A stretch of 64,000 nt of DNA, from positions 1 through 64,000 of the forward strand of contig NIVC01002989.1 in NCBI GenBank assembly GCA_002269645.1, read 5' to 3'. Numbering within the stretch: position 1 is the stretch's first letter; every line of letters begins with the position of its first letter. Source of the DNA: Macrostomum lignano. Taxonomy: Eukaryota. Both the position numbers and the translations under genes were made by a program. The notes under the pieces were generated by a model that saw only the letters and a program-made list of their open reading frames with translations, was not told the origin of the DNA and made no database searches. This document shows, one piece after another, positions 1-12,300 of the stretch.

Positions 1-665
1 CCAGCAGGAAGGCGGGAAACAGAAGGGGATGGAGCTCGTCAATCGAGATCAGCATCACTTGGGAGTTTTTAGTTGTCATGAAATTCGGGAAAGCATGGGA
101 TTCGGCGGAGTCTCTGATTTCCTCATCCAAACCGTCAAGTAGAGGAAGTGAGTTGAACCCTGGGACACAGCTCTGAGCGGTTTAGTGCCTCCGACAGCAA
201 TCTTTTGTGTCAGATTGTATGCCCCCTCATCCATCGGAAAAGCTGGTTCAAGGCATTTAATTTTTTGTCCATTCAATTAAACAAAATTTCCCTATTCAGC
301 TTCATGTGCTGTTTACGAACAGCCTTTGCAATCAGCTTGCAGCAGCACCAGCAGTGCCACGGCTGCAGCTTGCTACGTGATCAGAACTAAGGCAATGGTG
401 GATGAGAACAATGACGTACGAGTAGGTACCCCCCCCCCCGCAGAAGAGTGTCTCCCTCCCCTCACCATGCATCTTTTCACGTTCCCCACTCGCCGGCTGC
501 AGATCCAATGTGAGCGGAGCGCAGCTTCTCAAAAAATTGACTGCATTGCGCGCGCGGCGTCACTACGTCACGGCCTTTTTTCACCTGCATCCGCTACTGG
601 CATGGCCCCCAGGAGGAGCGGGGAGAGAGAGACGAAGTGACGGGAAGTGGAGAGGCCTTCTCAGA

Positions 666-697
<32 letters not shown>

Positions 698-2423
698 CGT
701 TTCTGCCGTTGCTGGTTTGCCGCTGCTGTCATGTTGTCTGTTGCTAGGCTGTTACGGAGTGCAGGATAGAGATAGAAAGGACGGCCCGAGAATATGAAGA
801 CAATTTTGTTTTGCATTTCAGCTGGCTCAGCTGGTGGGTAGTGCTTAAAAATGGAATGCCACACGCTTTTAATTTCCTGGAACCATGCGGCAGTCTTAAT
901 CAAAGAGTAGTACGGTTGGTTTTTTGTATCTCTGCTCTGTATTTCTTGGAATGGAATTATTGGCCTCGTTCCTTCTCTCTCTCTCTTTCTCTCTTTCTCT
1001 TTTTTGTCTCTCGCGAGCATGTTCAGAGATTCGTTTATTCGTTTCATCTCTTTTCAGTTTTTCTCGAAGCCCGGTGACGATGGAGATGAAGTCTGCAAAG
1101 TCTGCTGAGCAAGATGCAGATGTAGGCGAATGGTTGGGAGGCTGTGTAGGGAATTGAACACGAGCATCGGGGCAGAAAAGGACAGGTAGGCAGGTAGGAC
1201 AGAAGCCTTGCAGTTCTTGTCCAGAAACTCGGACTGCAGAAGAAACAGAAGAAAAAACTGCATGAAGGAGCAAGCAAAAAGAGCTCAGAAGATGGGAAAT
1301 CAAAGGGAAGCGTTGGGTTGCTCAGTGAGCAGCAGCCGCTGCAACTGGCCATCTCTCATCACTCTTTGTATTCGGCGTAGGCAAAAGGCTCAGTGAAAAT
1401 GGCGCCACCGTGCGACTTCGTTTCGGGCAAATTTTTCTGGCAGAAAGAAAAATAAAATCTACGCTAAGTAGGAGGGTTGGTTTGGATGAAGCCGAGGTTG
1501 AATAGATAGGCAGAGGCACAATGCTAGAGAGACAGGCAGAGCAGAAAGCATGAGCGGAAATGATGGCAGCAGGCCGCTCCAATCCAATTCGTGACTAGAT
1601 CGCAGACGCAGAGGCAGCTCCATCAGCAGAGATGAAACAATGGAGTTGCTTTTTTCCAATTGCTGGCTTCGACTTGCTTGGCTCAGATTCTCTATCGGAA
1701 CTGTGATAGAGCTACCACAGCTGAGACAAGTTCAGAAAGCTCAGAAACCCGAGACGAAGTTTTGCCGCCAAAGTTCCATCCTTTCTGGGGCATTGACAGA
1801 TCAACCTTTCGGCCCATAGCAACTGTAGTGTTCCAACTGTGCAAGCTTCAGTGCACGCTTCAAACGGTCCGCAGCGGCAGGGAATAGCTTTAGTCGCCTA
1901 CCATTATCTAGTGGGACGCAGGTACGCGGGTCTCTGACTGCAGAATTGGTGGACTGCAGCTTCAGACATGTCTGGCGCTGCCTTTAACCCCGCTCCACCT
2001 CTACCTTCCTTCCTGTGGTGACATTTCCCCGCGAAAATCCCATCCCCCTTGGACGAGGAACCCGAAGCTCTGCACTCGATAGACACGGATGGGGAGGAAG
2101 GCATAGCGCAAAGAATTTTCGGCTTTCGCCCAGCTTGGAAACGCAATGACTCACCGGGCATGCACTGCTGGATGGGATAGAGATTCGGACTGGTCCGTTG
2201 TTGGCTTTCACTCCTCTGCTTCTACGCACTGAATTCACCCCGAAGGTACAAGAGCAAGCGCCACTGGGCCATAGATGGCCAGGCTGGAAGAGGTCTCTGC
2301 CCCTTCAGGATCCAAGCTCTGCTTCAGCCGGTCCGGTGCCAAAGAAAATCACAGAGACCAGAACGGCTTTTCTGGAGCTAGACTTGGTCCTAGGACAAAT
2401 ACTAAAGACGAAGCTTGAACAAA

Positions 2424-2866
2424 ATGACGCAGGATGTGGCGACTCAGCCATCGTCGGCTCAGAAGCAGCCAGCTCGGCGGCGAGCCCGTCAGATGAGGGG
2501 CTATCATGGCGCTCGTACTGACGCTGCCATTCCGCTGACCTTCAAAGATCCCGACCCGGAGTCTCCACCGCCTCCGAATCAGTCTGCTGCTGCCGCGCAG
2601 CCGCAAGCTGCTGCAGCAGTCAGCCGACACTGTCGAAAGAGTCAACTGGAGCAGTTGCGAAGCGACCTCGAGAAGCTGGGCCAGCAGCTGGCCTCACTGC
2701 GCGGCGGTGGAGCGGGCCCAGCGCAACCAGATCCAGCGAAGCAGCCTGAGAAGTCGCCGCTGAAGCTCCAGGCACCGAAGAAACCATCGCCGCCACCGTC
2801 GCCACCGAAGCAAACATCGCCAACGCCCCCACGCCGCAGTCATCTCCGCCTTCGTGGAGGCGAAGG
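2424..2866 (+). CDS. Probable N-terminal Pro/Ser-rich, coiled-coil extension of the CLK, in a different frame in this assembly
   Basis: ATG 2424 in aacaaaATG context; protein-like sequence ([21 protein letters not shown] repeats); one extra C in the C5 run at 2826-2830 fuses it in frame with the kinase (586 aa). Confidence 0.55.
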
Positions 2867-4183
2867 ATGGTGGCAGCGGCAACGACAGCAACAGCTGCAG
2901 ACAAGGAGACCAAAGAAACTTCTAAAACTGAGACAACAACTCAGAATGGAAATGGCGTTGAACAACCACCAGTGGTTGAGGAGGCGACTTCGACGCGAGT
3001 GGAACGGAGGAGGCCCCGGCGTCGCCGGTCCCTAAACGAGGACGAGTCAGCACCCACGGAGCCCGCAGAGCCGGCGGAGCCTCGGAGGCGAACCCGCCGT
3101 GGCGCTGGCCTCCTGTGCAAGGAGAAATCACCTTATCGAGATGACTCAGACGGCCATCTGATCTATGCGTTCGGCGACGTACTAAAAGATCGCTACCGGA
3201 TCGCTCGCACACTTGGCGAGGGAACCTTTGGCAAGGTGACGGAGTGCACTGATATGCAAGACCTCTGCCAGACTCGCGTTGCGGTGAAGATTGTGAAGAA
3301 TGTTACTAAGTACCGTGAAGCAGCCATGCTTGAGATCAACGTTCTCAAGAAACTTGAGGAAAACGACCCTAACGGAAGGCATCTGTGCATCCGACTACTG
3401 AGTTGGTTCGACTTCTTTGGCCACGCTTGTCTTGTGTTTGACTTGCTTGGCAAGTCAGTGTTTGATTTTTTGAAGGAGAACGACTTTGCTCCCTACCCAA
3501 TTGAGCATGTGCGACACATAGCCTACCAGCTGGTGTACTCAGTGGCTTTTCTGCACGCCAATCAGCTCACCCACACCGACCTCAAGCCTGAGAACATCCT
3601 GCTGGTGAAGTCCAGCTACACGACTTTCTACAATCCGCGCCGCAAAAAGGAAGAGCGAATGCTTGACCGTACCGACATCCGACTGATTGATTTCGGTTCG
3701 GCAACCTTTGACCACGAGCATCATTCGAGCGTGGTATCGACCCGTCACTATCGCGCACCGGAGGTCATCCTGGATCTTGGCTGGGCGCAACCGTGTGACG
3801 TCTGGTCCATCGGCTGCATTCTGTTTGAACTGTACACCGGCTTCACCCTGTTCCAGACGCACGAAGATCGCGAGCACCTGGCCATGATGGAGCGAGTGCT
3901 CGGCCATGTGCCCTACAGAATGACTCGAGCCTCGCGAGCCGGCCTCTTCCGGCATGGCAGGCTCGATTTCGACCATCACGGAGTTGAAGGCCGATTTGTG
4001 CGCGAGAACTGCCGCCCGCTGCATAGATACCTGCGAGATGAGACGGTCGATTCGCGCAACCTCCTGGATCTGATGCAGCGGATGCTGGAATTCGAGCCGG
4101 AGGAAAGGACGACGCTCAAAGTTGCGCTGCATCATCCGTTTTTCGCCTCGATACCGCCGGAATCAGTTCTGCACTCGGGCTAG
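2867..4183 (+). CDS. CLK: LAMMER-family dual-specificity kinase (CLK/Doa-like), single exon; true start probably ATG 2424 via a 1-nt frameshift near 2826-2830
   Basis: [52 protein letters not shown] and the diagnostic [11 protein letters not shown]; DDSDGHL before the kinase domain; no intron; TAG stop at 4181-4183. Confidence 0.96.
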   Translation: MVAAATTATAADKETKETSKTETTTQNGNGVEQPPVVEEATSTRVERRRPRRRRSLNEDESAPTEPAEPAEPRRRTRRGAGLLCKEKSPYRDDSDGHLIYAFGDVLKDRYRIARTLGEGTFGKVTECTDMQDLCQTRVAVKIVKNVTKYREAAMLEINVLKKLEENDPNGRHLCIRLLSWFDFFGHACLVFDLLGKSVFDFLKENDFAPYPIEHVRHIAYQLVYSVAFLHANQLTHTDLKPENILLVKSSYTTFYNPRRKKEERMLDRTDIRLIDFGSATFDHEHHSSVVSTRHYRAPEVILDLGWAQPCDVWSIGCILFELYTGFTLFQTHEDREHLAMMERVLGHVPYRMTRASRAGLFRHGRLDFDHHGVEGRFVRENCRPLHRYLRDETVDSRNLLDLMQRMLEFEPEERTTLKVALHHPFFASIPPESVLHSG

Positions 4184-5640
4184 GCTGTGGCCTGGCAGCT
4201 CTCTTTTGAAAGCAAAAGCATGTACACGCGTTATAATCAAAGGATATAGTAATTTATGCTTATAGTACCGAACTGCGCAAATAATTAGACAATGCTTTTA
4301 TGTAAATAGCCGCATCAGTAGAAACAAGATTTCTGTAATTGTTCTTGCATGCTTCAGAGGTTTTGCTTTGCCTTGCTTTACAGTATTATTGCAGACATCA
4401 AGGGAGCGATCGTTTGTCAAGTTTTTGTGGCCCTCAGCTTCTGCAGAACTTACGTTTCTGAATAACTCTGCTATATTCTTTCACACACAGCGTGGCTCGT
4501 TACCGCACCATCTACTTTAACTGCCAGAAAGCTTTTTTAAAACACCAAAAAAAACTTTTGCCATGCGGTGATTTTTAAGCGCAGACACCTGACGCTTTGG
4601 ACGTCACGCACCTGCCCAGACCAATCGGAAATAACGGCATAGATTGGAATCTTCTGATGGATCCCGTTGCAGAACTTACCTTCCTGTAGACAGCTTTAAC
4701 TACTGATAACTTTACCTCCAGTTTTTGCTATTGCCAGCAATCCGACTGCATATTTATATTGCGCCTGTTTTGCCAAAGGTACGTATCCATCAGGCATCTC
4801 TCCTGGCCTCCTCCGCAAACTTTGCGCAAACTCCGTGAGCACGAGTAACTTACACAAACATTTCTTGAGCAGCTTGAAAGTCAAAGAAAAACTTTGGCTT
4901 AGAAAAAACTCAGCTAAAAATAAGCTCCGCGCGCATTAGCCTTTTCGTTGCTACCCGAAATAACTTTTGCGTATATTTTCTGAATCTGTGCATTACGCAA
5001 CTACTGAATGCCATATGCGGTCCGTACTCGTACTTGCTCAATTGTATGAGGCGGTCGTTTCTAGCTGCTGTACGCTGCGAATTGGTACGAAAAGTGGAAC
5101 TTTGCTAGTTCAACCCTGACAGTTTAATAATTCTTGTCTTGTCTCACCCTCTCTCCCTTGGCCTGTGCAGAGCTGCTCAGCTGAAACCAACCGTGAATAT
5201 TTACTCACCGATACTAACCTACTGTTAGTAGAGCTGCTTGTTGATTACTTAAAAAAACGATTTTACTGCTCGAAACTTGAATAACATTGAAAAATGAAAC
5301 GCGTTTATTTATGAAGAGCTTTAAGTTTCTAGTTTTGCAGTTTTACAGGAACAGAAAGCTTGAATAAAGTTTTTCTTGTACTAAAGCAATTAAAATAGCA
5401 AAAATGATCGAGCTTTTGTACTTTTAGAGTAGCCAATTCCGTCTACAGTTGACTGCCAAGCGATCGGGTGCGCGCGGAACTCCACATGAGTTCAACAAGC
5501 ATTCAACTCTATTGTTAGAAATGTCAAATCTAAAAGTAACACTCTGACAAGGTCGATCTCGTGTCCACACACGTGTCACGGCACAATACATGCTGATGCT
5601 TCCCCACGGCACGGTACAAACAATGCAGTGTTTTCCATTG

Positions 5641-6069
5641 TCACGCGTCTCCTTCCTTAGCTACGGGTTTCTCCTTCCCAGGGAACTCGAGCGTCCTCGG
5701 TTGCCAGGCCAAGCAGATGGACAGCAACCTCTCTGGCGGCTTGCGCAACATCGGGCCCACGAGTGGCCGGAGGTTGTCCCATTTTGGCACCGACCGGTGC
5801 CCCATCCTGTCAAGCATCGCGAAGTCCTCTCTGGCCGTCACCCAGAAGCCTCTGTGCATCAGGGCGCCCTGCACGATGGCTTTGTCAGCGTTCAGACGGG
5901 CTAGGAAGCGTCTGTCCTCGCCTAAAATCCACGCGAGCAGCCAGGCGCGCCGCTCTTTCCGCAGGCTGAGCTCGAACAGCTGGGTCAGGCACCTGGCGAA
6001 GTCGCCGCGTCGAAACACGGCCAGCTGGAGGAGATAGCGATTGCTGGAGCTCATCCCGCTGCCTGACAT
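5641..6069 (-). CDS. Uncharacterised 142-aa protein, possibly remotely YcgL-like
   Basis: Strong G/C bias at third codon positions; ATG at 6069; acceptor-like aattcag just upstream (~6112); globular, non-repetitive composition; TGA stop. Confidence 0.65.
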   Translation of the reverse strand: MSGSGMSSSNRYLLQLAVFRRGDFARCLTQLFELSLRKERRAWLLAWILGEDRRFLARLNADKAIVQGALMHRGFWVTAREDFAMLDRMGHRSVPKWDNLRPLVGPMLRKPPERLLSICLAWQPRTLEFPGKEKPVAKEGDA

Positions 6070-6880
6070 CAGGCTGTTAGACTTGTCCGATGACACCGCC
6101 GAGCTCACAATCTGAATTGACGATCCAATGCAAATAGTGTGCTAGATAGCGCGATGCTACCGTATAAATGGAGTGACGATGGAGTGAAAAGCTAACTTGA
6201 CGCGTGAAAAGCTGTCACAGGGCACAGTAACTCACAGTGCATGATCTAGTATCACGAGCATGCAAAAGTGCTGTCACTTGTCGTGGCATCTTGGTCACCA
6301 ACCTGGTACAAAGCTTGTGTTGTTGGTTAGGATGCCAAGATGAGAGTGACGGCACTTTTGCATGTTCGTAGTACTGTTGCTGAATAACACCGGATAAAGC
6401 TAGTTCACGCGCCTTCAAATGAGGTAAAATTTTCCTGATGCGACTCTGATATGATTTTTCGTTTCTTGGTGGTACATGAGTCGTGTGATTTGATGGCTCA
6501 ATCGATCGGGGTTTTGAAAGAGCCTTTACGAGCGTAGTTTATTATTAGAGGCAGGCGGCTGTGTGCACCCTGGCGCACTTTAAGCGACATTGTCACACAA
6601 CCGGCGAGAGGCATTACTGCCAATTCCGCCGACTCCCGGATAGCGCGTGGATACGTACGCAGTCACATACACAGACACACACTCACAGGCATGTACACTT
6701 CACTGTGCCCTGGGGGTTAGCCCTCAATGGCATTAACTGCACGAGCAGACCCAAGCCGAGATTCAAATTTAGCCTCAAATTAATGTGACTGCACTTGGAA
6801 TCGAGCCTGGGCCGCTGGCACATCAGCGCCGCGCTAGACCACTGGTCAACGGCCCCCCAAGAGCAGTTAGTCTGACGTAT

Positions 6881-7126
6881 TTAGTCGGTTAGTTTGTCCT
6901 CAGGGAGGGTCGATGGCACTTTTTTGACACTGTCGCCAGTCAAAGCGACTGAAGATTTTGTGATCGGTGGTGACGTTTCCTTAGCAAAAAAATCGAACAA
7001 AAGACTTGCCCTCAATGAATCGAAAGCCGGCTCAAATTGTTCGGTCTCGGAGCACTTGATGAAGATTTTGCAGCGATTCTTTTCCAAGAAATCGCCTAGA
7101 CGAACCGGTTCCGCTTCAGCCTCCAT
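6881..7126 (-). CDS. Putative 81-aa small protein (MEAEAEPVRLGDFLEKNRCKIFIKCSE...)
   Basis: gccATGg Kozak context at 7126; natural-looking composition; no recognisable domain. Confidence 0.35.
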   Translation of the reverse strand: MEAEAEPVRLGDFLEKNRCKIFIKCSETEQFEPAFDSLRASLLFDFFAKETSPPITKSSVALTGDSVKKVPSTLPEDKLTD

Positions 7127-7397
7127 GGCTAGCCAGCGTGAGGGGCGTGGCACCGGGATGAGGAGGCAGTCAGCCTAGTGAATCTCACTGCTGCAACGCT
7201 ACATATTGAGCTTTGCGTAGGGCCAACCTATGATTACGCAAGTCCTTTAGTCTGTGGCAAATCTAAAACAAGAAGTTGTTGTTTCCCTGACTACTTTTGA
7301 ATCAGATTGCACTGCAGTTGTCACCGAGAATACGAATGGTCTCAAGCGTAGCCTTTATTGTGCTAGTGTCTGCTAAAAAACCACAGTGCACTAGATA

Positions 7398-8017
7398 TAA
7401 TGGGTGTCTCAATAAAAAAGAACCTCTGATCGGATAAGTTTTCATCGAGCTTCGCAACTCATGAAAAATAGTCATTGTCTACCTCAAAAACCATAGGCAC
7501 AATCTACCATTGTCCGACTCCAAGACCATAAGGCACAATCTACCATTGTCCGACTCCAAGACCATAAGGCACAATCTACCATTGTCCGACTCCAAGACCA
7601 TAGGCACAATCTACCATTGCCTGACTCCAAGACCACAGACACAATCTACCATTGTCCGACTCCAAGGCCATAAACACATTCTACCATTGCCTGACTCCAA
7701 GACCATAAACACAATCTACCAGTCTGACTCCAGAACCATAGAAACAATCTAACATTGTTACAGCAGCCCTGAGCCGACCTTATAAAGAAAACGTTTGCAA
7801 TCTTCAACGTTAGGATGTGCCATAGACGAAAAGGCTGCAATGTTGCATATAGGAAGCCCGAAACCTGTTTTTATCAGGTATCAATTGAAGCTTAAACTTT
7901 ACAGACAAAAAATTACAAACGTTTACAACTGAACTGTTGACTTTGGAACTTATCTGATGAGAGGGACTGTCACGATATACATTTATTTCGGCACCTTTTT
8001 ATTTGAGAAACCCAGTG
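7398..8017. mobile_element. Degenerate non-autonomous Tc1/mariner-type element (MITE)
   Basis: Left TAATGGGTGTCTCAATAAAAAAG matches the reverse complement of the right end (CACTGGGTTTCTCAAATAAAAAAG); TA on both flanks (7396-7397, 8018-8019). Confidence 0.5.
7495..7740. repeat. ~38-39-bp tandem repeat (GGCACAATCTACCATTGTCCGACTCCAAGACCATAA), ~6 decaying copies
   Basis: Direct inspection. Confidence 0.9.
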
Positions 8018-8627
8018 TACTACATGTATGTCTCGTTGCGTGCTTTATGATGCAGAGCAGCCTCAGCAAGTGCCTCTCTTGTTTGTATCCAGCTACTAAA
8101 AGTTGCTGCTTCGATTTCCGCGGCTGATCCAAGCCAGAAAATCTTTTTTTCTGCCAGTTTCGCTAGAAGCTGAGCCCCATCAATGCGGACTTCCATTGGA
8201 TGCGGTTGCCCTCTAGAAAAGCCTTTGCTAGCAAAAAATTGATTGATTGATTTCATATTTAATCTTGAGTTCGTCTCAATCGATTGGACTCTAAATAATA
8301 AAATACTATTGGCAATCTCTTCGAATCAAAATACTGCTAGAGAAGTCCCTGCCCTGCTGTGAGCACTGCTCAATCCAGACTTGACCTAATTAATCCCATC
8401 TCTCAGGCCTGGGGATTCGGTTTGGGGCAGCGTTTTAAGAATAAATGAGAATGGGGGCTGGTCAGAAACCTTTAGCCGGAGTGAATCTGAGGTAATTTTT
8501 GGCCTAACAAGAGGCTTCTCACATCCCACGAGCATTTAGAGCATTCAAAGTTAAATTTGAGCGAAATTGTTGAGTATGCGCTTAAAAAGCAACTTTACGT
8601 CTGATAAGATCATCCATGTACTTACCG

Positions 8628-9266
8628 CAGGGGTCGGCAAACTCCTGCCCGAGGTGCCACATGCGGCCCGCAAAGCCATCTTTCTCCATCTTGCCCTCGG
8701 GTCCTTTGAAACTTTACAATAGAAATCCGGACCGCTCAAGGTTTGTGTCTCTTCTCATCTGCCTTCTCTCGAATCTCCTCTCCTCTCTTCTCTTTTCTCT
8801 ACTCGGCTACGCGGCTATGCTCTGGGTTCTCTATCTGGCCCTTGAGGTAAAAAAGTTTGCCGACCCCTGCTCTGGGTTCTCTATCTGGCCCTTGAGGTAA
8901 AAAAGTTTGCCGACCCCTGCTCTGGGTTCTCTATCTGGCCCTTGAGGTAAAAAAGTTTGCCGACCCCTGCTCTGGGTTCTCTATCTGGCCCTTGAGGTAA
9001 AAAAGTTTGCCGACCCCTGCTCTGGGTTCTCTATCTGGCCCTTGAGGTAAAAAAGTTTGCCGACCCCTGCTCTGGGTTCTCTATCTGGCCCTTGAGGTAA
9101 AAAAGTTTGCCGACCCCTGCTCTGGGTTCTCTATCTGGCCCTTGAGGTAAAAAAGTTTGCCGACCCCTGCTCTGGGTTCTCTATCTGGCCCTTGAGGTAA
9201 AAAAGTTTGCCGACCCCTGCTCTGGGTTCTCTATCTGGCCCTTGAGGTAAAAAAGTTTGCCGACCC
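8628..9266. mobile_element. Non-autonomous hAT (Charlie/MER58-like) MITE whose right 50 bp is tandemly repeated 9 times
   Basis: Perfect 15-bp TIR CAGGGGTCGGCAAAC (8628-8642) / GTTTGCCGACCCCTG (8855-8869); internal GCGGCCCGC; 50-bp period from 8820 to 9266; no 8-bp TSD found. Confidence 0.75.
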
Positions 9267-9364
9267 AACATGCTCTGGGAGCTCATTGTTCATTTTTCAT
9301 TTTTCGCTCAAGGTGGCTCGTATAATTTAAAAAATCACTTCAAGAGTTTTGTAGCCAAATTTAT

Positions 9365-12300
9365 TCAAGCCAGCAGCGTCTGCAGCGAGTCCATGCCGAT
9401 CAATATGGCCGGATTGCTGCGAAAGTAGGAGCAGAAATCTTCCCAACTGATGACGCCGTCCCCGTCGGCGTCCAGCTGGCGGAAAACGGCCTCCGCTCGC
9501 TCCTCCACCGTCGCCGAAGTCACTGGCGGACGGACTCGATGGCCGAGAAGGTCGTAAACGGAGCTCACCACTTCGAAGACCTCCCGCCTGTTGATCTCGC
9601 CGTCCTTGTTGGTGTCGTACATGTTGAAGATCCACCCGAGGCGTTCTTCCCGACTGCCTTTCAGCAGGGTGTTGAGGCATAGGGCGAACTGCTCAAAGCT
9701 AACGGAGCCCGTGCGGCCCCGATCAAAGCCGCAGAACACGAAATGGGCGAAAGTGTGCGCATTTCCCAACGGGAAGATCTGCGCCAGGATTTGTTCCAGC
9801 ACCTCCTCTTGCATCAATCCTAAAGGTGGGAGCATTAGAGTGAGTCGTAATCGAGTTGAAAAAATCTACACATCTGAATGCTGAACTCAAGCCACAATAT
9901 TCGTATTTTCTGCCGCAATGTAAATTCCTATCGATCTATCTCTAATTCGTTCCAGCCAACCCCTAACAACCCAAGCCCTGTCCCTGCCTGTGCAAACCGG
10001 CCAACCTCACTCCACTCCTGCCCCTCCAGCAACCCCAGGCTCTGTCCCTGCCTGTACAAACTAGCCAACCTCATTCCACTCCTGCCCCTCCAGCAGCCCC
10101 AAGCCCTGTCCCTGCCTGTGCAAACCGGCCAACCTCACTCCACTCCTGCCCCTCCAGCAACCCCAGGCTCTGTCCCTGCCTGTACAAACTAGCTAACCTC
10201 ATTCCACTCCTGCCCCTCCAGCAACCCCAGGCTCTGTCCCTGCCTGTACAAACTAGCTAACCTCATTCCACTCCTGCCCCTCCAGCAACCCCAGGCTCTG
10301 TCCCTGCCTGTACAAACTAGCTAACCTCATTCCACTCCTGCCCCTCCAGCAACCCCAGGCTCTGTCCCTGCCTGTACAAACTAGCTAACCTCATTCCACT
10401 CCTGCCCCTCCAGCAACCCCAGGCTCTGTCCCTGCCTGTACAAACTAGCTAACCTCATTCCACTCCTGCCCCTCCAGCAACCCCAGGCTCTGTCCCTGCC
10501 TGTACAAACTAGCCAACCTCACTCCACTTCTGCCCCTCCAGCAACCCCAAGCCCTGTCCCTGCCTGTACAAACTAGCCAAACTCACTCCACTTCTGCCCC
10601 TCCAGCAACCCCAAGCCCTGTCCCTGCCTGTACAAACTAGCCAAACTCACTCCACTTCTGCCCCTCCAGCAACCCCAAGCCCTGTCCCTGCCTGTACAAA
10701 CTAGCTAACCTCATTCCACTCCTGCCCCTCCAGCAACCCCAAGCCCTGTCCCTGCCTGTACAAACTAGCCAACCTCATTCCACTCCTGCCCCTCCAGCAA
10801 CCCCAGGCTCTTTCTCTGCCTGTACAAACTAGCTAACCTCATTCCACTCCTGCCCCTCCAGCAACCCCAAGCCCTGTCCCTGCCTGTACAAACTAGCCAA
10901 CCTCATTCCACTCCTGCCCCTCCAGCAACCCCAGGCTCTTTCTCTGCCTGTACAAACTGGCCAACCTCACTTCACTTTGGCTAGTAAACATTTTTTTCTT
11001 TTATGCCTCATGCTTCACTCATGAGCGTATATGATTGTTTCTCCTATTTGTCTCCCTGCCACAGTATCTATGCAGGAAAACTGAACCACTGGTATAAAGA
11101 AAAATAAAGAAGTTTCCGTATTTTTTCTTTTGCAATTTGTCTTGAAAGACACTATAGAGATACTGAGCCGGAGAAGGCAATGCTAGTCAAAGTGGCCAGA
11201 TTAGAATGCCAATGGTGAGAATAAGAAAATGACTTCAAGGCACTTCAACCAGGGAGCTAAAATAGAACCAGGACTGGGAGCTGAAAAAAACACTGGCTGA
11301 GCTTTCTCAATGCTGCAGCAGCCACTGAAAAAAAGCAAACTGACAAACTGGCAGTCCCGTCACGAAGTGCGGAGAGAGATAGGAAATTGGATCCGACACT
11401 CTCCCGCTTGGCCTTCTTTGCTACTTCTTAGGCAGCTCCCCTATTCCTTCTTTCTCAGATCCGGTCCTACCCCCCTCTAAGCTGTCTCTCTCCCAATCCC
11501 CCAGCCTATTCCCTGCGCTGCGATCCCAGCAGCACAGTTGCTACGCGACGGCAGATGCGCTCGATCGAGAAATTTGGAAGGGAATCGAAAGCTTTATAAT
11601 TTAAGTACCGGATCAAGCAAATGATTTAGCTATAATTACTATTTAGCTATTATTCCCATCATTTTCCTAAAAGCTTCTATCTGTCATATTTCCAACCAAC
11701 AATGTCTCTGACTAACGACTAATGATAATTAACTAACCTCATGGCTCCTGACCTCATGGCTCCTGACCTCATGGCTCCTGACCTCATGGCTCCTGACCTC
11801 ATGGCTCCTGACCTCATGGCTCCTGACCTCATGGCTCCTGACCTCATGGCTCCTGACCTCATGGCTCCTGACCTCATGGCTCCTGACCTCATGGCTCCTG
11901 ACCTCATGGCTCCTGACCTCATGGCTCCTGACCTCATGGCTCCTGACCTCATGGCTCCTGACCTCATGGCTCCTGACCTCATGGCTCCTGACCTCATGGC
12001 TCCTGACCTCATGGCTCCTGACCTCATGGCTCCTGACCTCATGGCTCCTGACCTCATGGCTCCTGACCTCATGGCTCCTGACCTCATGGCTCCTGACCTC
12101 ATGGCTCCTGACCTCATGGCTCCTGACCTCATGGCTCCTGACCTCATGGCTCCTGACCTCATGGCTCCTGACCTCATGGCTCCTGACCTCATGGCTCCTG
12201 ACCTCATGGCTCCTGACCTCATGGCTCCTGACCTCATGGCTCCTGACCTCATGGCTCCTGACCTCATGGCTCCTGACCTCATGGCTCCTGACCTCATGGC

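Noticed and set aside
76-2400. Short ORFs, a (CTG)10 tract at 667-696 and an AAAATGGCG YY1-like motif near 1396-1404
   Set aside because: No domain or consistent codon bias; probably UTR or promoter DNA of the CLK, but a single short motif is not enough to call a regulatory site
2750-3035. Programmed -1 ribosomal frameshift in CLK
   Set aside because: No X XXY YYZ slippery heptamer in the overlap; a homopolymer indel is simpler
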